DNA of 64,000 bases from Magallana gigas (lineage: Eukaryota), in NCBI RefSeq assembly GCF_963853765.1, contig NC_088859.1, positions 43,586,001 through 43,650,000 of the forward strand. The letters are read 5' to 3'. Below are positions 13,124 to 25,700 of this stretch, piece by piece. Numbering within the stretch: position 1 is the first letter of the stretch; every line of letters starts with the position of its first letter. The notes below the pieces were generated by a model that was given only the letters and a program-made list of their open reading frames with translations, ran no database searches and was not told the origin of the DNA. Both the position numbers and the translations under genes were made by a program.

Positions 13124-16100
13124 TTATTAAGGAATGATGAAATGCAAGGATAATGACCTCATTTGCATTGTAAAATCCACATTGAAAGAAAGCAGAAATC
13201 AGTAAATGACAGAACATTTGATTTGCAAGTCTATATTCTTTAAAGTTTAATGGATTTATAGAGTAACACAACAGGTTGTTTTTAATACTTAGACTCTGCT
13301 GGAATCTCCTTTTTGATGTCCCATTTGTACTTGACTATGTACAAATAATAATAATAAAAACTAAATTGTTCCAAATCTCATGACAGACTGGTAATTGAAG
13401 ATTTAAACCTTTGTTTTTGTTTGGCAGGGTGCCAATACATCTGACAAAGAGGATGACAGAAAGACATCTGATCCTTTCAAACGTTTGGATATGGACTTGG
13501 ACAAGTAAGACACCTGGTGTTATTTCAATTTAAAAGATGCTTCTATGTTTCCACTGGTTTTAGATACATGTAAAATAGTCACTATCTTGTATTCTGACTA
13601 GATAAAGTTATAGAGGGAAAAGTGTATGCTCATGATGCTATGCATCATGAAAATTGAATCACTGATGAAGTATATGAAAAAAAAAAATTGACATCAAGGT
13701 TGAAACTACATGTATTAAATTTTATACCTTGTGATTTGGAAAAATATAGATCTAATGTTAAACTGTTCACTTGGACATTTTCTTTCAAATCTGCATGTAC
13801 ATGTAACTCAAAAACTTATGTTTGTTTGACAGGCCTTTAAGAGATGACGAGGTTTTGCCTGTCCGAACACACAGAATAGTCTTGGAATCGGGAGATATGG
13901 TGGATGTGGAAGGTGAAGAGGTCAAACCAAAGAAAAAACACAAGAAGGTGAAGGACAAGGAAGACAAAAAGAAACATCGTAAAGACGGGAAAGAGAAGGT
14001 TTGTGTACAATGATAACGTATACGAAGTATAAAGAAGATTTTTTTGTTTCTAGTTTTACAATTCATAAATGTACCAGTACCAACACACTTAATGTTCATA
14101 AGATAATGTTTGAATCCATTTTATTGTTTGTTTATTGTAATCTAACCATACATACTAGTACACCATATTATATTCATGAGATAATGTTTGAACCCATATC
14201 TTTGTTTCTGAAGTGATTTTAACAGGCATACCAATATACTTTTTACAAACCCATTTAAATGTTAACTTGCAGAAGTCTAAAAAGAAGCAGAAAAGTGAAG
14301 AAGCTTCAGGTTCTGCTTCTAACCTCCTCATGGAGGATGATGGCTCCCCAGAGCACGCCCCCATTGCCAACGGTCTTCCACAGTCTCCTGAACAAGGAAA
14401 AACAGAGCAAGAAAAGGTAGCAGTTACTGCACTGCAGGCTAGAGATTTATACAAAATTGAAGCTTTGCTAGAGGTGCTTGCTTATATAATAGGATAATTT
14501 TTTCTGCCTTTGTCTTGTAGGACAATGATTTAGATTTCTGGATGAATAATGATTCTACATCAGCTGCTAAATCCACAGAAGTTGAAATAAAAACTCCTGA
14601 AGTTAATGTAGAGTATGCAAATGTGTCAAGTGAGGAGGACAGCCAAAAAGAAAAGGTAACAAGGATGTGATCATTCTTTAGTGGAGAGTGAGAAAGGATT
14701 TCATGAGAATCATCCCCTTATGTAAAGTATGACTATTATCTGTTATTCTTTGTTATCAGAAAACAAAGAAAAAGAAAGAGAAGAAGGCTAAAAAAGAAAA
14801 GAAAAGTAAAAAGGACAAGAAGTTATTGAGAGCTGACTATGAGGAGGCTGAAGGAATCACTACTCCCTCTAAGGAACAGGTGCCCCCTTCTCAGGCGGAA
14901 ACACCTGTGGCAGTTCAGCTTCCGGTTAGTTTCAGGATTTTCACAGAGTTTATCAGAATTAAGATCCTGTGTATACTTAATATGAATTGTTTGAACTATA
15001 AATGTACATATACCAGTGCCTTTTAAGTACTTTTAAGTACTCAACTTTTAACTTGATGCTCTGAAATGTGTGTTTACCAGTTATTTATGTTCTAAAGTAA
15101 AGACTGATGTGAAAAATATAATGACAATTCATGAATTAATTTTCATCTCTTAAGATATTGCATGAATAGTGTAATTAATTACTATGAAGTGAAATTTCCT
15201 CATTGAAGCTTCCTTTTTATTTTGCAGCCTATGTCATCATATGTAACCTTAGGGGAAAATAATTCCATAAAAATGGTATGTGTTGATATCATTCTTCAAA
15301 TACTTGTATGGAGATCCACAAATGATAAATACCAAATGTATTGTTGAAAAGCTTGTTGTTACTGTAATATAATGATTTTTTTTCCTGTAGACTTGTGACA
15401 TCCGAGCTAGTCACCAGAGAGGAGACCAGGTCATTGTCTCTGTAGTCTTTTCCAATCTTACTGACCATACCATCAAGGATTTAGAATTTAATGTCATGGA
15501 CACCATGAACTTAAAGTTAATAAGATCTGTAAGTTTTGTTTATATTCAAGCAATATACTCTAAAGTGGCTTTATTTGCCAGAAAAGCATCATTAAATTGA
15601 ATTGTTAAGTTGAACATAGAAAGTATCTTTAATATTAATTTCATTAAGTTTACAAGCTTTTAGGGATAAGTTGGGTTTTTTTTTTGTAGATGGGTAGTTC
15701 TCATCATGATGCCATCAAAGTTCCCTTTATACTGCTGCCCAGTGCTCAAAATGAGGGACAATTTGCCTTTAACATTCAAGAGATTAAAGTTCCCCAAAAA
15801 CTGAAAGGAACACTGACATATATTGTTAAGGTACTGGTGTATGACATATATGAATTGATAAAAAATGTTTTTTGATTGTCTATCTGTCAGATACATAATT
15901 TGATAAAAATATTATTTTGAACTATGTTATCTTTATTTAATACACTTCATTTTTATTATGTAGATGGATGAAGGATCCACTCATGAAAAAATAGATTTTA
16001 AATTGACCTTTCCATGTAGCTCTTTCCTAGTCGCAACACCATGTAAAGGGTAAGGGAGATTTACTTTTTGTGCATTTTGGCAGGGTTGATGAATAATTTA

Positions 16101-16884
16101 ACTTATGCACTTAAATTGCCATCTTGTGATATACTAGGATTAAAAGTGAACTCGCGGTGAGATGAGGACCCTTCAATGAAAATGAGATTACCACAGTCTT
16201 GTCTCAACCAATCTATGTAAATGTACATGTATGTGTGTCATGGCAAAGATGTGTTGGTAGAAATGGTGTCATATAAAGCTTTTGTTTATTATCACAGATC
16301 TAATTTCACTTCCCTCCTGGAGAGTGGAGATCTCACAGAAAAATCTTCTATACAGTTCACACCGCAGGATTCTGAATTCCCAGTCGTTCTAGCCAAAGTC
16401 TGCTTCTATCATCATTTTAGAGGTAAAGCGTTAATAGTAATCACTGGTCGTATGAATTTTGTGGTTTGCTAAAAAAATGTATGTGCCAAAACACATTTAC
16501 AATTGAATTTCCTAATATTTATGTACGTGTATAAAGAAAAAAATATACCAATTCCTTTATTGTATGTTGTCTTGCATTATTATTTTATTGTTTTGATTTT
16601 ATCAACAGTTGTGGAGCAAGTTGAAAAGAGCGCCTCTGTGTATAGTAAATCCATGCAAGGTCATCATATATGTCTTCTTGTAAAAATGGTATGTCATGGC
16701 AGTTAGCATACATGTAGATAGAAAATTGAAAATCTGAAAGAAAACCGAAATATACATGTATTATGAATTATAATGAATCTATTTTTTTTTCCAGGTTAAT
16801 GATAGTATAAAAATTGATGGCAAGAGTACAGATGGGAGTTTATTATCTAACGTGCTTGATGAAATAAAAACAATGCTAGTTTAG
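4008..16884 (+). CDS. AP3D1: AP-3 complex subunit delta-1 (34 coding exons)
   Basis: Exon 1 (4008-4103) reads MALKKVKGTLERVLDKNLQDLVRGIRNHKENE. Phase-consistent GT-AG exons follow: 4868-4963, 5461-5541, 5672-5752, 6074-6181, 6346-6475, 6852-6991, 7176-7249, 7339-7388, 8625-8674, 9132-9180, 9595-9740, 9942-10090, 10358-10484, 10610-10713, 10906-11137, 11394-11539, 11902-12000, 12175-12235, 12329-12397, 12502-12577, 12822-12993, 13428-13504, 13833-13998, 14273-14416, 14521-14655, 14760-14924, 15228-15275, 15391-15528, 15690-15830, 15964-16049, 16298-16421, 16609-16688, 16795-16884 (TAG). Adaptin trunk, Lys-rich hinge and ear domain are all recognisable. Confidence 0.97.
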
Positions 16885-19715
16885 CCTGATTTTACTTGAA
16901 AGAGTCAGATGTCACAAAGGTTTTATAACTGTTGTCTGGGTAACCAGCTGACTGATGGATAATATTGACTGTGTCTGTGATGTACATGTATACCAGGGAA
17001 CAGATTCTTCATTATTCCACTGTTCTCATTCTTCGTTATCTTTCTAAGTCGTGATGATGTAATGTTTCAAAATAATTAAGTTCATGTTTAGTATGAGTGT
17101 TTAACATTGTTTGGAGTTTCAGTGTAGAGATGATACATCAGTTATTACACAATGCATGCTATTCTACCACCTTTTATTAGTATCCCCAAGATGGGGGATG
17201 TCTGGATATTATATTTGGCATAGCTACATGTATATTTTGGTTGTGCTATCTGATCAAATACATCATTTACTTTGTAAATTTAACTCTTACATTTTAAAGT
17301 AAAAATTTTCCAGTACTTTAATAGCTTATTGTGAACAATAATAAATCTTCATTGAAGAATTTTAACATTAGAGCCATTTGATCACAAGCCTTAGTAACCT
17401 TATTCCTAAGTATCATTGAGTAGAAAATAAAACTATGGGGAAGGAGGTAACTTGAATGCATTTACCAATTTTGTTCACAATGTGTGTAGTGGGTAAATAA
17501 CCAGTAATAAGGCAAATGTGTTCTTGCTGAACGTTTGATGTACATCTGTGAAATGTTTTGCTGCACAGCAATGCTGTATGAAGTCCTGTAGCTTTAGAGG
17601 CCCTCCCACATACAGCATCACTGTCCCCAGTCATACAGTGTGTTCTTTTCTCTACAATTTAGTGTACTCTAGTTTACTACCATGTGTAAGTACATGCACA
17701 TTTAGTTACAACGGACTGCAGCATGTTTAAAATCATTTTATTAAATTAGCAATTTTCTCTTGTGTACTTGGCAGCATCGAAGTCTAAAAAGTACAATTCT
17801 TAAAAATGAAAATGCATTGTTTGGAAATTTTTCATGCATTCCTTTATTTTGTAGTTGTTGAATTTCTGTTTGTTAAAGAATATGAAGCTACACAGATTTT
17901 CTGATGTCTCATTAATAGCTTAAGTTTTTTTTTTAAAGAAAATATCTATATATTATTACATGTAATTTATATGTATATTGTAGCTTCTTATGTCACTAGC
18001 CAAAATTCTTTTGTTCAAATGATACAACATAAAACAAATATTCCCAGTATTACTTTGAGTTAAGCAGTGCTATAGTACATGAATGTGGACAATGTTTGCT
18101 GCTATTATATATGTACTTATTATTAGGTTGTTACTGTGCAATATTTGTTCTTATACCAACATAATATGTCTACTGGAAGATACATGTCACATATGCAAAT
18201 CATGTGTCTGTTTATTTAATTAATAAAGTGAATGGAGATGAACCAGTTCGTGTTTGTAATTAGATTCTATTAGGTATTGGGTTTGTGTGATAGAATGTGT
18301 CAGTTTACATGCCAGTATACTGTCTATGTAGTACTGTAAAAACATTTGCTAATGTTTCATCAGTATTCATGTGCATCGTGGATTTAGTGAAAAGCACAGT
18401 TACAAGGATAACTAAAATTGTAGCCAATGATGCTGTTAATACAATATGTACATGTAATTAGATATTGTGCTTCAGTGAAGATTTTATTTGCGGATGAACA
18501 GAGCCACGAAATCCTTGAAAACTGGTATTCAGTGAATAATGATGACACTACAGTACTTCACATAATTATAATCTTCACTCTACAGGGAGAAAAAAACCTC
18601 TGAAAATATATTTAAACAAATGTACCACGAAAAATAGCTTCCTCATAAAAAGCCTGCTTTTAAGACTTCAAATTGTTTATTCATTTTGAAAATGTAAGCC
18701 ACATATGACTTGTAATGTACTCCATTCTATCATTTTTGGTCTTATCGATTAAGAGTTACTTTACTTTGTGGGAGATTTTAACTGGTAAATGCTAAGGAAT
18801 AGACCATTTCCTTAATCTTTATGATTGCCAATATTGATATGAACTCTTCCATCAGGCTGTAGTTGATCACAAAAAGAATATCTTGTATCAAATTACATAT
18901 TGACTACTGTGAGCAAAGCATATTCCATATTGACCTTTGATTATCCAATGGCAGTTTACTTACAAATTGCTGCTGAAGTTGGGGCTTAGAACATGAGAAT
19001 ATTCACGTTCTTTATGCTTTATGTGGTCGTATAGCCATGGAAAGAAGAGTGTTTAGCAGACTCAAAAATGTGGCTCAAAGAGAAAATGCAAAATATTTTA
19101 CCTGCTCCCAAAAGCCAAAAGTTTAACCTATCATTTATCTACAAAATATTTGTCAAAACACAGACATGTGTCTATGGTACAAAATACATTTTGAAACCTA
19201 CCTGGTATAATAAAACCCTAGATGCATCATTTATGCAGCTGTATTACAAATATCTGGTAGAACTTTATAGACTCTTTAGACCTGTTCAAAATTTTTTTAC
19301 ATGGGATGCCATATCAGTCAATCACTTAAACTCCCCAGGATTCTAGGAGGTGAGTTGAAAACTGCATGACAATGTATTATATGCACCTGTCCATTCAATA
19401 ACCTGCATTTTCAAATACTTCATGGAAAGCACTATTGAAAAGAGAAACTTGTACCACATCTGTGTAGTAAAAATAAATATATTGCATGTAAAATATACAT
19501 GACAGTGTAAAACTTATTACAAAAGACAATATGTGACATACATGTACAGTGTATAAAAATGTAAAATCTGAACACACAAAATTTTTCCAAAGTAAGTTCA
19601 AGTATGTAGTTCTTTGCATCATTAGAGCAGCTGACAACAATTGGGATGGCCACCATTTTGCCAAAGAATGGGTCCAGCCCATTAGCTACATTGATGACAG
19701 TATTGGGTTTGAAAT

Positions 19716-22700
19716 TCACCTACTATATAAAGGAGCTTGAGCATGTGAATAGTCAAAGGTACTGTTTTTGCAGGGAGCTAAGGTGTTGAGTAGATCTGCT
19801 GCATTTATTGAAAGGTTCTGACACTTTATGATGCAGTCATTCCAGGCGTTGACAGCAAGAATTCCCAAACCATCCTCTACACCCAATCTGAGGGAGTTCT
19901 TGTTCATAGATAAAAACCTGATGAACTGGAGCAGAGTCCTTGGCTCCAGCCCTGTAACCACTTGCTGGAATGCCTTCTGACCTGTCCAGATTTCCCACAT
20001 CATCAGGCCAACACCGTACATGTCATGTTGAAAGCTGTATTCTCGTTGTGATGATGCCGACATGGTTTCCCAATGGAAGTGGACAAACTGCTCTAGTTCT
20101 GTTGAAGCCTCTGGAAACAGGCTGAGATCCAACTTCTGGGGATATGTGATGTGCATCAGTTTTACTCTGTCATTTTGATCAACCTGATAAAAGCCATCAA
20201 CAGAAACAACATTAACATGTTGACAAATCAGTCTATATACATGTACTGTGGTTTCATTAACATTTGTGAGTATCCATTTTCGTGAGTTTAGTGGAGAATA
20301 CAGTTTCAAGGATTCATAAATTTGTGGCCAATGATCAAACCAATATGTTATGAGAAATTGCACTTCACTGAACATTTAATTTTAGTCACATAAACAGTAA
20401 AATCCACATAAAAATTAGTATTCAATGAATATTGATGATTGTATCACAGTCCACTTAATGGTCTCTACTGAATGAATAGCTCAAAATTCATTAACAATAC
20501 ATTAGTCATTTTACTTTTGTGAAAGAGTGGGTCAAAACAAAACAAACAATTTTCAAACAAAAAATGCTTATATATATTATCTTGCATTATATTTTCAGAC
20601 TCCAATGAAAATATAACAATTTTTTTCTCAACAGTTGACATAACAGTCACACCTATATGGTAAATGACAGTCGAATGTTTTAGATTAAAAAGAATTGGTG
20701 CATGCTACAAAATGTTTGCTTACCATTACAGAATCCTGGGAGACATCCACATGGACCAGTTTCTTGGTGTGCAAGAAGTCCAGGCCACTGATCACTGGCT
20801 CAATGTAGGTATACAAGGTCTGCGTTTTTTCTTCTGGGTTAATTAGTTTTGACTTAACAAAGCTTCTAAAGCTGCACTTTGGAAGCGAAAGGACTGGCCA
20901 GAAAAAATGATGTTCTGAAGAGCTTTCTAACATCATGGAAATGCATGGCATGTTGTACACAAACCTTTTTGATCTGCAAACAAAATTGATTATACAGTAC
21001 TTTCTAATTATTCAATGAGAAAAACGTTCAACCAAAACAAACACTTACATGGAAGTTTTATAAAACATTATTTGTTTACTGGCAACCTATTTGCTATCTT
21101 GGCTTATCTTCAGAAAAAGCATTCAGAAGCATAAGCTGTTTAAATTTAAAGTACTTGTAAGAGCAACATCTAATGTCAATCAAATTTTTATGGCTATGTG
21201 TGTGGGTTTTTTTAGTTGCTGGTCTAAAAAAGCATAAAAAATTGCTTCTGTAAATGCATTGTTCAGTACCAAATTTGAGTGCTATCATTTTATCCCTATT
21301 ATACCTGTATGCCTCCTCAACTCTCATGTGTTCCATGATATTTACACCATCTATCCTATGCTTGTTCTTTACAACTACTGCTTCTAAATGATGATCTGTT
21401 TCAACTTTGGGCAAAACTTTGCAAACTTCTCCAAACAAACCCTGGTACAAAGTTTCCTCAAGTTCAAATTCAGATAATTTCTTGTACGAGTTTTTCATTA
21501 ACTCAATCTTATAAAAATATGTCAGTCTCCTTCTAAGTCTTTCGAATCTGACTTTTTGGCTAGAGCAGTTTTTGGCTATGAATTCTCTGGTTTCTTTCTC
21601 TTCCTTTCTTTTGTCTAACAGATTTAATTCAGCCTCAATTTGTTGTAAAACTCTTCTTCTCTGATTGTCTAAGTACTGAAACATTGGAGAAACTTCATTC
21701 TCCATAATTGGCTTCATCTTGATGGGATCACTTGTGGATTCAAGAATGCTTTCTGCATACTTCCGTAGGGAAACCTTGGGGTCCGTGTCATATTCTTTTT
21801 CCAACATATGACCTTTGACCTTTCTAGCCAACTCTTTTATTCCCCAAACTGGTAACCGAATAATAGCACCAATCAATAACACAGGAGAAATGGAAATTCC
21901 CATCAAAACTTTCAATCCTAAATTTATGTTGTCAAACTTTTCGGCTACTATCACTGGTACAAACGGTTCTTCATCTTCGGCAACCATTTTCCCAGACTTA
22001 CTATGCTGAATGTATCTCTTCTGCAAATTAAACAATTTGGAATCAAAATCAGGAAACTTTTGTTGAAACTGTTTTGCCATTCCTGAGCCAAGTATTTCCA
22101 GTTTCTTGTTTTGAGTTTCCCATCTCTGGATCTCCTCTGTGATGCTGTCATACAGTTTGATCCTGACTTTGATTGTCGCCTCTTTCCACTTCACACCAGC
22201 AGTATCCATGGAATGAGTAAAATCACACAGAGCACTCACAGTCTCCTTACTCCTTAAATGATCTCTTAGGTCTCTGATAATCTTTTCCAGACCTTTATCG
22301 AAATTGTTCTTTTCTTTTTCAAAGAACTCATTGACATCCTTCCTTAGTTTGGTTAGATCCTCCAGAGTTTCCTTGTTTTTTATCATCCTCTCTTCTTGGG
22401 ACAAATTCACATCAGAAAGACTTGTCTCTATAAACATGGCTGCCTTATCCAATACCTGCTGCAAAAATCTGAAATAAATGAAAGACCTTAAAGATTTTTT
22501 CTGTGAAACAAAACCAAAAGTTCTCTGTCCCCCTCCATAAATGTATCTGTGTTCTAATTCATGTTTTTTTGCATTTGCTCTTCATTTGAAAAACAAAGTA
22601 AATAACATTCAGTTCTGTTTTATTCTAAGTAAATTTTTAACACAGACAAACCTTGCTGAGTTTATCAGAAGAATGTGCCTACTCTCTGGAATGAGGCCAT

Positions 22701-25700
22701 TGATCTTATGTAGGACAGCAGCAAAGTGACCCACAATATATCTCTCTGGGGTGTCCTGTATGAACATAGCTTCCTTTGTTGAAAGGCGAAATATTTGGTC
22801 CTCTGTACAATTTGGCCAGCCAGTGGACTCTGAACACAGCTTTTTGACTGTGTCCTGATAAACCTTGCTCCTCTCTTCATATGGCACCTGGTAAGATTTC
22901 ATGGTATAGTTATACATCTTGTTCTGATCTAGTTTAGAATTACAGGTACATTCAAAAACACCTCTCATCTAATAACTGCTTAAATCCATGCAATCTCTAT
23001 CAACAGCATGTACCGGGTATGTAGAGACGATGCCCATATTTTTACTTGAACATATGTTTGGCTTACCTGGTCCCATTTGTTACAGATAAACATAGCACAA
23101 GTAGATCGGTAGTCCTGCTCATCACGAAAAACCTTTTCCACAACTTTCTTAAAGAGATGTTGTAGCTGAAATGAAATGAAACATTGTTATAAAGTATGAA
23201 TTCAATTTTAAACTAGATGTGTCGTTAAATCCATGGGCAGCCAAATTTCAAAAGTCATATATCTAGTTTCACATTTGTTTGCAAAGACGATTTCTTTTTA
23301 AGTACATTTGTGAGATAATGATGGAAATTGTGATTCAAGGGGCATAACTCTGTCAAAAATCATCAGACCAGAACCAAAATCAATTTTGACTTGTACTGTC
23401 TGGCAAAAGACCTGTATTATGCAATTTCAACTTCACATATACATCCCTTCAAAAGTTGGAGAGTGGAAACTGAAATTATTTGAATTTTTTTTCTTATTTC
23501 AAGGGGCATAACTCTGTCAAAAGTCATCTGACCAGGACAAAATTTGAGATTGACCTGCTTGTTCTTTTGGTGTTTCCACATATCAAAATTGAGTTGAAGG
23601 TATAATGCTACTGTTGCTGAGATAATGAGGGGAATGTTAATGATGATGGAAGAATGGAATAGCGGAAGAGAGTACTACTATATGCCCCCGGCAATTTTAT
23701 GGCAGAGGCATAAAAACAGGTAAGTATTTGTGACTGCAGGTATGTTGTACACTCTTTTACAACCTCTATAACCCAAACCTATATTTGTGAGAGCATTTTA
23801 ATTGCCTTATTACGTTATCCTAACCTTTACCCAAGACATTGTCTTCACTTTTTCTTGTTTTGTCTATAGCACAGCCAACACAAATTTTCAATGTCCCTAG
23901 GTAATTAAAACATCGTCGGATCAGCGTGTGATAAGTAAAAGACGCGATCACCCGTGGGTATTCGACAATGAGGTAAAATTAAGGGAGGACCTATACATGT
24001 ATTTGTTTTAAAGTCATTCTATTTCATCATAACCTCAAAATGTTTTTAATGGCTTTGTTTATAAAATAGAGAATTACCCTATCTGGAGCAACTCCTCCTG
24101 CATTTTCACTGTTGATGATATAAATAAAAGCACAAGCTTTGATTAGATAACCCAGTACAATGTCTGTCATCTCCCCTGTGTCAGCAATCCCAGGACTGTC
24201 CACTATGAGCAAACCTGTCTGTACAAAAACAGCTTTATTTATTTCAAGATGCTACAATCATGTATTACTTATATTAAAAAAATTTAAGATCAAGCATTAC
24301 TCTAATTTTTTATTGATGCACAAGTTCAACTATTTAATGTATCTGAGTACCTTCAAAATATCACTTGGTAGAAAAATTTCCACTCTTTTATATAGAGACT
24401 TCTGCTCTCCTTTCTTCTGAATCTTATTGCTGAGGGATTGTCGCATTTCTTCTAAGCTCTTAAAAGAATGCTCTTCTTTGGATGACCCAGTGAGATGGAA
24501 ACAGGCTTTGAAGTTTTCTCCATATTGTATTTCACAAATTGTGTTGGTGTTGCTTAAAAGAGAATGGGGCAACAGCTCACATCCCAGAACTAGGTTAATA
24601 AAAGAAGACTTTCCTGATCCAGTCTCACCTACAACATTGAACTCAAAATGAAAACAATTTAGGTGGCAGGGGACAGTTTTTTTTATACAATTCATTGTAG
24701 CCAAGGGATGCATGTCTTCGGAACTCTGTAACTAGAATTTCCTCAGTTCCCATTCAGCACAAATACCTTTAATTCACTCTTTATAAGGCCAATCACCAAT
24801 TTCTGAAGAAAATTACTTATCAAAACCTGTAAAATTCTCTACATATTGGTTTTTATGAGATTTTGACCCTTTCATATTTTGCTCATTTTTCATGATTTTT
24901 CAGCTTTTTAGACCTCCCCCAGCTAATTCCCTGCAGAGGGTTGACCTTCCGTACCGCGTGCATGCTGCACTATCACATGTCACAAACTTACCGGTGTATA
25001 GTTTTCAATGTCCCATCCACCTACTTTTCGTGTTATTTTACCTCCCGTCTGTAACTTGCAATTTCACTGTGTAAAGTCAGCACAACAGTCATAGCCGCAG
25101 GTTTCGCATTTTACTTCTGATTCTCATGTACCTAACATAAGGGGCCTACATATTGCATATCAATTTCAACAACAGACACCCCTCTAACTAATGATAATCA
25201 TTAAAAATCATTTCATGAATTTTAGCAACACCCATAAGCCTTCTAGTACAGCAACTCTCAATTTTACAAAAATATTGACGGGTACTTTATTCGAAACTGT
25301 CCCTTGCTACCTTTAACATACAATAACATTCTCTGAAAAGTCATCTTGTCTTAAAATTAAAAAGCTTATGCTATTCTGAAAAAAAGTACACCACATTTTG
25401 CCAATTCCATTGAGGTTTAAGAAAAATATGGCCATTTAAGTGAACCCACCATTTCCACTTTCCTCTATTTAACACAGATTCACAGGGCTCTCCATAAATA
25501 AAGCATCTTTACATAATCATTTAGAGGTCAACTGTTGTTCAACCTCCTTAAATAAGAAACCTTATTCAATACTACATACATCTGCTTGATATTATCATGA
25601 TAAAAGCATCACATCACTTAGAAATCCCTTTACATGTATACCCTCCCCCTATCTTTTGATTTTCACATGAAGCATTAGTTTGAACACTTTAACCTAATAT

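Noticed and set aside
19432-19719. Minus-strand ORF starting with GTG and overlapping the kinase stop codon
   Set aside because: Non-ATG start inside a eukaryotic 3' UTR with no recognisable motif. Read-through of the TGA adds only 9 residues.
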